Assembly: GCA_026025075.1 (NCBI GenBank)
Contig: JAPEUI010000066.1
Coordinates: 1 to 64,000 of the forward strand
DNA: 64,000 bases
Direction: 5' to 3'
DNA from: Vezdaea acicularis
Taxonomy: Eukaryota
How positions within the stretch are numbered: the stretch's first letter is position 1; each line of letters starts with the position of its first letter. The notes under the pieces are model-generated. The model had not been told where the DNA came from, searched no databases, and was given only the letters and a program-made list of their open reading frames with translations. Positions 1-11,468 of the stretch are shown piece by piece. The position numbers and the translations under genes were made by a program.

Positions 1-919
1 CACCTGTGGCGGGCGGCCGTCGAATGGGCGACGCGCTGCCCTCCGTTTCTGCAGCGGGCGGCGGCGCGGCGAGTGGGCGGCCGGTCCACTTTTAACTTTG
101 TCGGGTTTGGGGCCTGTTGCGAGTTGCTCCCCATTTCCCTCGTCGCTGGGGGGCGGATCGCAGCGCGCCCTCCGCCGGTTCAGCAGCACAAACCAAACCA
201 CCATCCACCACCTCCACCACCACCACCATCATACCACCCCCCCCCCCCGTCCTGGTCCACGCCCTCCACCGCCAGCCCATTGGGACCCAAAGCGTCGGCG
301 GCGAACGTCAAATAGCTCCCACATCCCTCCGCGCCGCCCCCCGTGGCCGCACGCTGCCTCGTTCCGCCGCGCATTGTCCACGCTGCAACTGCATCGGATC
401 CTCTGGCTCGACGTGAACCTTCGACTGCATCGACTCTACACACAGGCCGGTCGCCCGTCCTTCCGGGGCCGCTGCCTGCTGCGGCCGGAGCGCCGTGTCC
501 AGAAACCCACCTTCGACCGCGCGCGCACACCGGGACACATCCGACGGCGACTGAGAGCAAACCCGGGGGGCAGACGGACGGGCGTCGCCCGCGACGCTGC
601 CGGATATCGAGACGAGGGAGAGAAGAGGGAGAGACGATCGAGTGAAGAGAGAAAGCGGAAAGACAGAGGAGAGAGAGAGGAGAGAGAGAGACGAGACGTG
701 CCAAACTCGCAAGACGCTGCGTGACGCACAGGCCAATCCACGCACCCGGCCACTTGCATCCCCATTGACAAAGTCGTGACGGCGGTGGTCCGTGGGTCCC
801 CAGCGCCAGCAGCGAATCCGTGGACCGTCCCATCTGGTACGCGCAGCCGAAAAAAAAAAGTCTCCCAAAAAGCACCCGCCATCCAGCAGGACGACCGTCC
901 TACATCAACCTTCTTCCCG

Positions 920-2393
920 ATGGTGGTCATGGCAGCAAATGGGTATGTGCCGCCGCCGCCGATGGGTCCCCCCCATTCGTCCCCTGGGGCCCGCCGTCCC
1001 CTTCGTGCGCACGACGCTGACGTTTCCCGGTGCAGGCAGTCGACGGTGACCTCCCGCAGCGTGCCACCTTATATGGAAAATGGCCGACTATATCATGGCT
1101 ACAAGAAGGGCATGTACATGTTTCCGTGCGATGAAGTAAGCGCGCCTGACTTTCATCTGTCCCCTCCCCCCCTCAATGGTGCAGACGACGGCGGCGGCGG
1201 GCGCTGACGAGCGCTCTAGCAAGAGAAAGATCGTCTCGATATGCAGCATAAATTCTTCTCGATTGCACGACGCGATTACCTGTTCAACGGGCCCTTGGCC
1301 TGCCCGCCTGGTGAACGGCCAGAGATCCTCGACCTGGGCACGGGGACGGGAATATGGGCAATTGACATGGCAGAGTACGTCTTCGTCCTGGAATCTAGCA
1401 AACTGGGGGACATGAAGCTGACGTTGGTCTTAGCAAATTTCCTGAGGCCTGGGTATGCTGCTTCGCAGTGTTCACACATTGCACCCCGCTGATAGTCATG
1501 ACATTTAGGTGACCGGGCTCGACCTAGCCGAGATTCAACCGGCGTCGTAAGTTATCCGTCTCCGTTGAAGCTGAGAGGAGTCCTCCTAATCGCGGTCTTG
1601 GTAGAATACCGAAGAACCTTCGCTTCCGCATCCAAGACCACGAAGGGTTATGGACGATGGGGGAGGGCACGAAGGACCTGATACATCTTCGAATGGGCTG
1701 CGGCAGCGTCTCGCATTGGCCGGAGCTCTACCAGAAGGTCTTTGCGTATGTCTCGGTCCTCGATCGGGGCGGTTTGGGGGGGTGATGTTGGGGCTGACAG
1801 ACAGGGTCGATCTAGTCACCTCCGGCCCGGCTACGGCTCGTTCGAACAGGTCGAGATGGATCTCCAGCCGCGATGTGACGATGGGACCATGCCGGAGACG
1901 GCCGCGGTCAGGCAGTGGTACAACTATCTGGCCGACGCCACCGCCAGGGCCGACAAACCGATCCAGTATGAGCACAACACGGAGCAGCTCCTGCAACACG
2001 CCGGCTTCACAGACATCCGCCATCAGACGATCCGGATCCCCGTCAACACGTGGTCGCCGAACGCCTTTGAGAAGATCGTCGGCCGCTGGTGGAACATGAT
2101 TCTGAAGGAAGGGCTGGGGCTCGAGGCGCTCTCGGTCGCGCCTCTGACGAGAGTCTTCCGCTGGTCGCATGCCGACGTCGCCCGGTTACTCAAGGACGTG
2201 ACGCACGACATCTGCAACAAGAAAATGCACATCTACATGAACATGTGAGTTACTGTTTTTGAATACTGCTACACTTTAGTCTGGTTCAGAGAGTCAGGGA
2301 CGGCAGCACCACGCCGGTCCATGTGGAGCCTTCTTGGTGATAGGAGAGCTGACACGTTGCAGGCACATCTGGACCGCCAAACGCCCCTTGTAA
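920..2393 (+). CDS. laeA: LaeA/Lae1-type SAM-dependent methyltransferase (velvet-complex regulator of secondary metabolism), 7 exons
   Basis: Spliced product MVVMAANG...[33 protein letters not shown]...[16 protein letters not shown]...[15 protein letters not shown]...[15 protein letters not shown]. It has the SAM motif DLGTGTG and LaeA-family signatures. GT-AG introns start at 1136, 1375 and others. An orthologue versus an LaeA-like paralogue cannot be fully separated by eye. Confidence 0.85.
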
Positions 2394-3370
2394 GACAAAC
2401 GTCACAAGCTACTAAAACATGCACATATACCATCTCTATCACGAAACCCCCCTCATTTGGCGATCCGCGCCCCCTCTTTCCTTACCTCATGTACCTCATC
2501 TATACCAAAAACAATTCCAAAAAAAAAAATCATACCAAACAATTCTTCCCCACCGCCCCGCGCCTCATCCGTCCATCACATCACACCATAGTCGCCACAG
2601 ACCCGCATCGTCGTCGAGGAGCTCCCTCCCTACACGCCAAATGACCACCCACCACGCGCAAGGCCCGTTTCCCCCGCCCCGCGCGCGCGCAACCTAGGGA
2701 GTTCTCTGTCTCTCTCGACGACAACCCACCCATCCCCCTCTATTGGCGGAAAAAAACGCGCCCCGCGCCTCACGCGCTTCTCGAGTTCGGTGACGAGCAC
2801 GCCATGACCAACCACTTGCAACCAGGGAATTAACCCTGGGCGTCTCGTTTTTCTCCTTCTTTGCTCTCTCTCATACCTCCGCAAACTTGTTCTGGACTCT
2901 TTCTCCATCCGTCTTTCCCCGAGAAACCATTGCTAAGGGCAAACAACCAAGATTCTACCCGCCTATAGACGGAACGGTCGGTCGAGCTCAGGCTCGTCCT
3001 GCTTATCCGTCGTCTTGGTTGGGAACTGCGTTTTCCCTCTTCTTTGGTCCTCGGGGGAGCACTGCACGAGTCCAGACCTTTCCATTTTGTTCGGTACGAG
3101 TCCCTGCATCGGGCGGGGAAAAAACCAGACGTACCTCCGGCGGGAGGGGGCGGCATGTTGTCGCCCAACGGGGACGTCCATAATAGGTTCCTCACCAAGG
3201 ATCTCAGCACGTTGGCCTCTTCATCTTTGCGCCCTTTTTCTTCCTCTTTTCATCTGTTCCGTGGCTATGCTCTGTTTTTGCTGGGGTGGACTGGGTTTGG
3301 AGAGGGGGGCGTGGGTGTGTGTTATTTAAATTGTCTTTTTTTGGCTGTTGTTGTTGTTATTGGTTGTCCA

Positions 3371-3371
<1 letters not shown>

Positions 3372-3438
<67 letters not shown>
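3372..3438. repeat. (TGTC)16 microsatellite
   Basis: Perfect tetranucleotide tandem array read directly. Confidence 0.97.
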
Positions 3439-4619
3439 TGATGGGTTTTTTTGGTTTCTCTTATAAATCCCCCCTTTTTGGAAAGCTCGCGTCTGTTCCG
3501 ATTCACTTGGTTTGGGATTGTTTCTCGACGCTATTTACCTTCTTTCATCAGCGGTGATGGTGGGTCACTGCTTTACTGGTAGCTTTCCCCCTCCCCCCTT
3601 TTTGGTCGTCGTTTTTTATACATGTGGAGCGGCTTCACTGGATGGATATCTCGGACTCTCCTTCTCTTTCCCCTTTCCCACCTTTTTCCCATTCTATTCG
3701 TCCTGTGCGCAAGCAAGCGAGCCAGCGCGTCTGTTTGGAAGCACCCATCCACCCACGCGTTCTGGACACTCTTTTCAGCATACACACTTTTTCTATTTCA
3801 TCAGGGGACGTACCTCTTTCTTTCCAAATTAACTTTTTCAAAAATAAACTTTTCAGATCAAAGCTTGGAGATCTCCTTCTTCGCTTCTTTCTCACGCTCG
3901 TTTCTTAGGCTATCCCCGCCCCGAGGAAGCAGGGGCGGGGTGATGCTGCTTTTGAGGTGTATTGGCTTTTTTAATTCACGACTTCGTTTCGTTATGCTGA
4001 ATAGGCTCGTTCTATTGCTCCTCTCGCTCGCGTGCGCCTTGGGGTGTGCTTTGTAATGGAAGGGGTGGGGTGGGTGGGGTTGATTGGGGTCTTGCACGTG
4101 ACAAGGGGGGAAGGGAGGGTTGGTTTCCACTCCTTGTCCCACCTCCCCCACCCCAGCGTCACAGGGCTAAGAGTACCATCTCAACCCTACCCTCCTACCC
4201 ACCCCACCGTCTCCCAGCTAATAATTCCTATTCCCAACCCCAATCCGATCCAGTGGGTGCAAACTACCTACGCCCCCCCCCTCTCCTCCCCCTATCCCAT
4301 ACTCCCTTTCACATTACACCCCATCCTACTGAATCAGATCCCCCCCCCTGGTCCCAACATGGTATCAGTCAATCAGTGCTCTACCATCACCATAACCACC
4401 CCCCCTTCCTCCGCAGACACATAAACCAAAGATCCTCCCCCCTAATAGCCCCCGCCGAGGGTTCAAGCCGAGTCCACCGTCTCGGGTACCCAAGACGATC
4501 ACGCAGGTGAACTATGTATGATGCGATGCGTCTGGCTGGGGTGGGGCATTTCGACGATCTGGGTCGGGTGGGTGTAAGGCCGTGGTGGGAGGTGCAGGGG
4601 CTATTGAGCTTGTGGTAGT

Positions 4620-4788
4620 GGGGATGTGAGTAGGTGGGTGAGAGGGTGAGTGGGTGAGTGATTGGGTGGGTGGGTGAGTGAGTGAGGAAGGAAGGAAGTA
4701 GGGGAGGAGGGAAGGAAGTAGGGAAGGAAGTAAGTAGGGAAGGAAGGAAGGAGGGAAGGAAGTAAGTAGGGAAAGAAGCAAGTAAGTA
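4620..4788. repeat. Purine-rich low-complexity tract (GTGA/GTGG/GGAA/GTAA units)
   Basis: Degenerate tetranucleotide repeats immediately left of the MITE at 4789. Confidence 0.85.
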
Positions 4789-5044
4789 CAGCTCTGTCAC
4801 ATGTCTTCGTCCGATTTTAGCGACGCAGCACCACTTCACAATACTTGCCTAGATTAACGCCTCATATCACCACCAAATTTGGACCAAAATGTATAATTCA
4901 GATGTCAAATTAATCTAGGACCAAAGTGCTTTAGCTTTGCCAATTTTAATGTTCGATATTTGCGCGGTGGCGGTAGATGTGGTGCGAATTGTTGTTGATA
5001 AAAAGTCGGTTGAAACCGGACGAAGACTTATGACATGGGGACTG
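4789..5044. mobile_element. Non-autonomous Tc1/mariner-type MITE (256 bp, imperfect TIRs, TA target duplication)
   Basis: Left end TA|CAGCTCTGTCACATGTCTTCGTCCGATTTTAGCGAC; reverse complement of right end TA|CAGTCCCCATGTCATAAGTCTTCGTCCGGTTTCAACCGAC. The interior is AT-rich with no ORF. Confidence 0.7.
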
Positions 5045-5122
5045 TAAGTTGGTAAGTAAGTAAAGTAAATAAGCGACTAAGTAAGTGAGCGACTAAGTAA
5101 CTAAGTAACTAAGTAACTTAGT
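5045..5122. repeat. (TAAG)/(CTAAGTAA) low-complexity tract
   Basis: Degenerate TAAG tandem repeats immediately right of the MITE. Confidence 0.85.
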
Positions 5123-6420
5123 AGGTGGGTGAGTATCTAGGCTGTGCGAGAGGGTTAGGGTATGGAGAAAGAGCTGTTTTGGGGAGGGGGTGGCGGGCGG
5201 CAATCTGCGTTCGGTAGTAGGATTGCGGGTTTGAGGTAATAGGGGTCCGTGTAACATGTAGAGGAGGGGAGCTTGGACACTGAAGGTGTTTTTCGGAAGT
5301 GCCGGGTCGTTCATCTGGCGGTCCCAGCAATTGCTCTTTACGTCTTAATCATCGAGTACGTGCCCCGAGGAATCTTGAGACGGCCACTCATGCTCACATC
5401 TTTTGAGGCTTTTCTGGCTGTGCAGGGTGCCGCGTCAGGATTAGGATCGCACCCTAATTGTTCATTGCTGCATCCAACGATGCGGAATTACTCGGTCGTT
5501 TGGTTGGTCCGTTCTCTCGGTTATGCACGATACGCCCGCGCGTGCGCCTAAAAGAAACGCGTGCATACGCTGCCATATGGTCGGGGTAGAGATCCTTACC
5601 AGATGAGCCAGGAACTTTTTTTGAATTATTTTTCGGAAAACCAAAATATTGCGCGCTGTCTGAATGCCCTTACCCATTCAATCAATCGATCGATCGATCA
5701 ATCTCGCATTCTCACTTTGACTACTGCCTTCGTGCGTCATCAGCGTTTTCACTACAGGCTTCAACGGCTGGTGCTGTCGGGCAGTGCTGTGCTCAGGAAT
5801 GAGTGTTATCGGAATGGACGAAGACCAATCCACTAGGCCCGTCAACCATGTGGCTAACGCATGTCGTGCCAACCTCCCAGGCCTGTCACCGAAGCAAGAT
5901 CCCCAGGGACGCACAAGCTCGGACGATGATGGGGGAGATCTCGCCAATGTGGAAGAGACGGGGTCCTTGGGAAAGCCTCACCGATCAGGTCAGAGGTTTG
6001 GTGGAAGCACGGGTTTCCGGGACGGTCCCTGTACTGTACACGTACACGGTACTCATGCAAGTCATGGCATGAAAGAAGGCACGTACGTCGAGGTAATCAA
6101 CGCACCCGCGAGCTGCCCGTCAATCTTTTACGGTCAATAAGGGAGCGCGACATGATTCTCTCGGCAGAAGGGCGGCCGCTGCGATATTTTCCCTGCTTGA
6201 CGGTCATCTCGAGGGAGCCTCAGGACGCGGCTGAGTATGATCAACTAGATTACGGGGACAACAATTCCAACAGCAGACGCATCCTCGGTTAAGATCCATC
6301 TGGCCATCGATCAGAGTCCACAAGCGACCAGGCAACTAGTTTTGACGTCGAGGCTGACAGCACAAGATGGCTTTGCAAGGGTCGTAACCGGGCGCATGGG
6401 AATAGATCGGTGCTGTAGTA

Positions 6421-6653
6421 CACGGGGTGTTAGCTATGTCTGTTCCGCCAAGAAGTGGCGCCCGATTTTCCCGAAACTCCACCATCCACTCTTCGGCTTC
6501 AAACAATTTAATTGATTGCAAAAGACATCCTATTCTATCCTGAGATGCCTCTATAAGTTTTTAAATTCCAATCACATCTGTGGTCGTGGTGCTGAAGTAT
6601 CGCGAAAATCGGACGCCAAGCCTTGGCGGAACAGACATAGCTAACACCCCGTG
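6421..6653. mobile_element. Non-autonomous mariner-like MITE (233 bp, 32-bp perfect TIRs, TA target duplication)
   Basis: CACGGGGTGTTAGCTATGTCTGTTCCGCCAAG at 6421-6452 and its exact reverse complement at 6622-6653. Imperfect pairing continues about 40 bp inward. TA at 6419-6420 and 6654-6655. Confidence 0.85.
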
Positions 6654-7133
6654 TACAGGGAGAACTGCAGGTCGATCTCCCTTCTGGGACGCGGCGCTCG
6701 GTGGCCGTGGTGGTCTGCTTGGCCCGGCCGACCGAGGGTTGAGCTTAGCAGCTGGCAGGATGTGAGGAGGGGCGAGAGGAGGCGGAGCGGGAAGGGGACA
6801 CGACAGGGGTAGAGAGGACACCGACAGGGGTGGGGCGAAAACTTGCTGGGGTGAAGTGCGCGCAGGTTGTTCTTCGTCCTTAGGTCGTCGGAATCGAAGA
6901 TGACGGACTTCGAAAAGAGCCGTCATTGAGTATATCTGGCAACCGACTTATAAGGAATGCCCGTCCCCCAGAGAGACTTATCTCGGATACCCATCTTGCA
7001 TATTCTTTCACAGCCTTGCAACATTGACTGTCTGTATCTGTGCTCCCACCTAAAGCATGTCATGCGCATTCTTCGTAGGTCCTTGGCCAACTCGATAGAT
7101 GCGATCCCCCTACTGACGGTGGGCGGGACCAGC

Positions 7134-7318
7134 CACGCGGTTAGCAAACAAGTTGGGACACCAAAAAAAGTTAGCGAAGTAACTTACAAGCAAAATTGTG
7201 AGAGAGGGTACTTCGCTTCAAGACAAACGCGAAAGAGGTAAAGTACCTCATCACGCTTATTTGGTGAGAAGATACCTCGCTAATTATTTGGTGTCCCAAC
7301 TTGTTTGCTAACCGCGTG
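7134..7318. mobile_element. MITE with CAC...GTG termini, 32-bp perfect TIRs and 5-bp target duplication CCAGC (Transib-like signature)
   Basis: CACGCGGTTAGCAAACAAGTTGGGACACCAAA at 7134-7165, exact reverse complement at 7287-7318. CCAGC at 7129-7133 and 7319-7323. The interior is also imperfectly self-complementary. Confidence 0.82.
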
Positions 7319-7333
7319 CCAGCCAAGCGAAGC

Positions 7334-7838
7334 ATGAAAACAACCCTTACGCCAGATGGAGTTGCGAACGTCGCCTTTGGCTGTCTCGCCGTCGTCACTG
7401 GCGTATTGGCCGTCTACCTGGCTTACAAGACCTGGAAGCAATTTCGGAGACGGTCGCGCCTTGCAGGTAAACCTACCTTTTGACCAAGCGGTGATGCCTT
7501 TGGTGGATGAGGCCGCACCATACCAAAGGCCTACTATTTTTTCGCGCCCTCGAAAACTGACTCGAGAGCAAACTGCATGCACCGGACAAGTCATCCGTCA
7601 TTCTTGCAAGAACAGCATATGTTACCTAATGGCTTCATAGACTTGTTTATTGCTCTTCATTTTCTCAGACTAATTCTCCTCTACTGTAGACGTCGAATCG
7701 CAGTTGCAAGTTGCGAACAACAATTTCTTCCTCACCATCGTTGGAGGCGAGCCCTCGGCACTTTACACCCAAGCGAGGGACTACCATGCTGCTAGACCCC
7801 AGCACTTCCGCGTCGGCAGTGGTGAAAGGAACGACTAG
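7334..7838 (+). CDS. Small single-pass membrane protein (93 aa, 2 exons: 7334-7466, 7690-7838)
   Basis: MKTTLTPDGVANVAFGCLAVVTGVLAVYLAYKTWKQFRRRSRLA|DVESQLQ...ERND*. Hydrophobic helix followed by a basic cluster. GTAAAC donor, GACTAAT branch and TGTAG acceptor keep the frame. Confidence 0.5.
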
Positions 7839-8060
7839 CGTCTGTCCTTATATGCGCCCTTCCCGTGGACAACGACTTCCTACAACCTTGCTGGGTCGCG
7901 TCACTATAATCTGCGTTCGAGATACAAGTGATTGGACATGTAACGCAAGTCCATCGCACCTTTCGAGGCCCGATCGCTGAACAACACCGCCATGATAGAC
8001 GCCGTCCACTGCGCAGTCAACTTTCCTACCGTGTACATCCATCATTGACCCTTTCTACTC

Positions 8061-10881
8061 ATGCGTCGCCGTATGTAGAGGTCAATGGCGAGTAAAGACG
8101 CCCTGACAGCTTGAACTTTGCGCTAAATACTGATCATTCAAATAGTCCCCCGGCTCCACCTTCGAGCTCCCTTGCGCCTACGCAAGCTCGCACGCACGAT
8201 ACGAAAGCATCTTCCCTCGCTCAATTTCATCACGATACACTACCTATACTTCTTGTCGACATGTACGATTGCCTCCATCATCTTTTGGGCTTCGGCCACG
8301 CCCTTCCGAAGTGTTCGCTTCATAGACGCCGTCTTCCTCGTCGTCTCGGCCATGACGCTAGCAGGCCTAAATACAATCAACCTGAGCACACTGAATACCT
8401 TCCAACAGGTGCTTCTCTTCTTGCTTATTATGCTAGGGAGCGCGATCGCTGTCTCTGCAGTGACGGTCATGTTCAGGAAGAGGTATTTTGAACTCAAGTT
8501 CAGGAATATTGTGGAGCTAGAACGAACAAGGACTCGAGAACGAAGACGCAGCTTGTCGAGATCTCGGCAGAGTACCGACGAGAGAACCAACGTCGATCCG
8601 CAAGAGGAGGAAAAGGCCGTCGCCCCTCTCGCTCCTGCTGTGTCGCAGGAAAGAGGGCAGGATGGTGCCATGGATAGAGAACATATCACTTGGGACAAGG
8701 ATGTAAGGCGGCCGCGAGCGATTTCTCCGAAACCTTCCGACATCAATCCATCTGCGGATGCTGGTCTACAACGTCGCAGCACAGCGATGAGCTTTACGGC
8801 ACCTAAACTAGCCGGGCGTAACTCCAATTTCTATCACCTCACCCAAGCAGAACGCGACGAGTTAGGTGGATTGGAGTACAGAGCCCTCAAGGTCCTTGCC
8901 TTAGTAGTACCCTTGTACTTTATTCTTTGGCAGTTATTTGGGGCTATCGGAATAGGAGCATACATGGCGAGAAATAACGCGGATGTTTCGAGAATGAATG
9001 GATTGGATCCTTGGTAAGCACCCCCCGGCAATGCATTCATCGAATTCGCATGCTCATGTCGACGAGGTGGACCGGAGCATTTGTCGCAATATCTGCATTT
9101 AACAATTCAGGGATGAGTCTTCTGGATGCGAACATGGTGAGTCCATGTCACAACACGTCTTTCGTGTACACACGGTAACATCGACGGCAGATACCCTTCT
9201 CAGGTTCTATCTACATTCTTATCACAACCGGTTTGTTGATCCTCGTTGGAAATACCGGGTAAGATTATTCTCCCCGATCTCGCTAATACTTCTGACTCGA
9301 GGAAAGATACCCTATAGTCCTACGCTTCTTATTATGGGCGATACGCCGACTCCTTCCTAATACACCCTGGTTCGAGGTTCACCGCGATACATTGCAATTC
9401 CTACTCGACCACCCTCGTCGCTGCTACACCAACTTGTTCCAGTCCAGGCACACGTGGTATCTGCTTCTGACATTGGTAACGCTGAACGGCATTGACTGGA
9501 TCGCCTTTGAAGTTTTGAATGTAAGTAGCACCCCTGCGTGCCAAGACCGGGACCCCAAGCCTTCAACCGCTTTCCCAAGCGGAATGGATGAGGATTGGAG
9601 TGCTTTGACCATTTCATTACCTGAGCGACTCTTCATGATATGACGCACTTTCCGTTATATGGGAGACTATCTAGGAAATGGGTGACCCTTCATGACATGA
9701 CGGACTTTCTATCATGTGGAAAATCACTCGGAAAATGGGCGACCCTTCATGACGTAACGGACTTTCCACTATATTGGTAGACCCTTAGGAAAAGGACGAC
9801 CTTTCATGATATGACGGACCTCTCATCATATGGATGACCTCCCAGGAGATGGACGACCTTCCACAGCATTGACAAGCACACCATGATATGAGTGACCCTC
9901 CGTTACCTTGGCAATCTCTCATGATATGGATCATCTCGCTATATTCCTTCAGCATTACTTTAGCTACAGCAGGTCTCTATTTGACGTATTCCGAATGCAT
10001 TGTGGAAATACTCGATTTAGTTGGAAGCCGCCATACGCTCCACGGAACTGGCCGAAGAACTTGACTGATGGGATTCTGCATTGCTGCAGCTGACTGTTTA
10101 CTGCAGGTAGGCAACCCTGCCATAACGTCAATGTCCTCCTCCGCTCGTGCTATCGATGGCATCTTTCAAGCCCTCGCTGTCCGATCGGGAGGATTCTACA
10201 TTGTTGCCATTTCCTCCCTGCGCATAGGGCTGCAGGTGCTATACGTGATCATGTAAGGCCTCCCAACAGTACCCGCCATACCCCTACACCATCAAGATCA
10301 CCACTAAGCCACAACTAACGCAACCAACCAGGATGTACGTCTCAGTCTACCCCGTAGTAATAACGATGCGAAACTCCAATGTCTACGAAGAGAAGAGCCT
10401 CGGCATCTACCGCACCGAGCCCTCAATCGACGAAGACGACGCCGCCGCACAACAAGCCCCCCACACTGACCCCGGCGGGAAGAAAGGCCGTCTCCAGTCC
10501 CTCCGACTACGGACCCAGCTCTCCCCCGGCCCCAAACACTTCGTCGAGCAACAACTCCGCCTCCAACTCGCGCACGACCTATGGGCCCTCGTCCTCGCCG
10601 TCCTCTTCATCACCATCATCGAGACCGGCTCTTTTGAAGCTCAACCGGATACGTATTCCGTCTTCAACATTATCTTCGAGGTCGTCTCCGCCTATGGCTG
10701 CGTCGGTATCAGCGTCGGGCTGCCGAATCAGGCGTATTCCTTCTGCGGCGGCTGGCATTCTGGTTCGAAGCTCTTGCTGTGCTTGGTCATGCTTAGGGGA
10801 AGGCATAGGGGTTTGCCTGTTTCTATCGATAAGGCGATTCTTCTTCCCGGAAGGGATGAGAATGGGAAGGTCAAGCAGTGA
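8061..10881 (+). CDS. Trk-family K+ (cation) transporter, short type, about 7 exons
   Basis: Motifs LNFITIHYLYF, SAMTLAGLNTINLS, LGGLEYRALKVL, SAFNNSGMSLLDANM, HPRRCYTNLF, AVRSGGF, FEVVSAYGCVGISVG, RGRHRGLPVSIDKAILLP. The micro-exon 8061-8070 splices in frame to 8146. Confidence 0.92.
9631..9858. repeat. Degenerate 57-bp minisatellite (4 copies plus a decayed fifth) inside the 586-nt trk intron 9521-10106
   Basis: Units start at 9631, 9688, 9745 and 9802. Each begins YTTCATGAYRTRACG and ends GG..GACC. Confidence 0.88.
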
Positions 10882-11468
10882 GGCGGGCGTTGTCTTGTGG
10901 CGCGCGAGGAGTAGCCGCCGCAGGGCTAGGGCTGGGGCCTGTGGCCTCAGCGGCGGAGAGACGATCTACTGTACATTTATAGACTTACTTGACGCAATAT
11001 AGACCAGCATTTCAGCCATTTCCCCAAATCCTCAATTATGAAGAGTCCTTCCCTTTCCTCCCCATCCCCCCTGGTGCCCCGCACGACCTGAAAGACACGG
11101 CCACCAAGCTAGCGGGAAGTATGGCGGAACCATTGGCGGTTTAGAGGGCTTGGAACGAGGAAGGAGGCACCTTGCCATAGCTGTTCTGGAGGGTACGATA
11201 GGTGGGAAGAGTATGAAGTTGGCGGGCCGTCTGGATACAGGTTTAATTTGCTACGAATAGGTCCTATAGACTTGGAGACGGGGCAGTTATATATACGCCA
11301 TCCCTCCCTCTCCCTCTCCGGACCCTTCTTCCATCGAGACCCCTCACAGCAACAAAACAAGTGCGACATCATGGCTTAAGCCCAGCCCAACACGCCGACC
11401 CTTGACTGGACACTACAGACACTGCACTACCCTACACTCCCCTCCCAAGACAGCTAAACTCCCACACC

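Noticed and set aside
73..930. Many overlapping long ORFs on both strands
   Set aside because: GC-rich, low-complexity translations driven by simple repeats, mostly with non-ATG starts and no recognisable domain.
3914..3940. Perfect GC hairpin CCCCGCCCC-N9-GGGGCGGGG as a Helitron 3' end or terminator
   Set aside because: No correctly spaced CTRR-T end. Intrinsic terminators do not apply to a fungal locus, and the stems are low-complexity.
5266..5672. Possible fourth, very degenerate TIR element (TCATCTGG/CCAGATGA core)
   Set aside because: Matches are short and gapped, with no definable ends or TSD.
9631..9858. Regularly spaced repeats as a CRISPR array
   Set aside because: Eukaryotic intron. 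The units are similar along their whole length, with no unique spacers and no cas genes.
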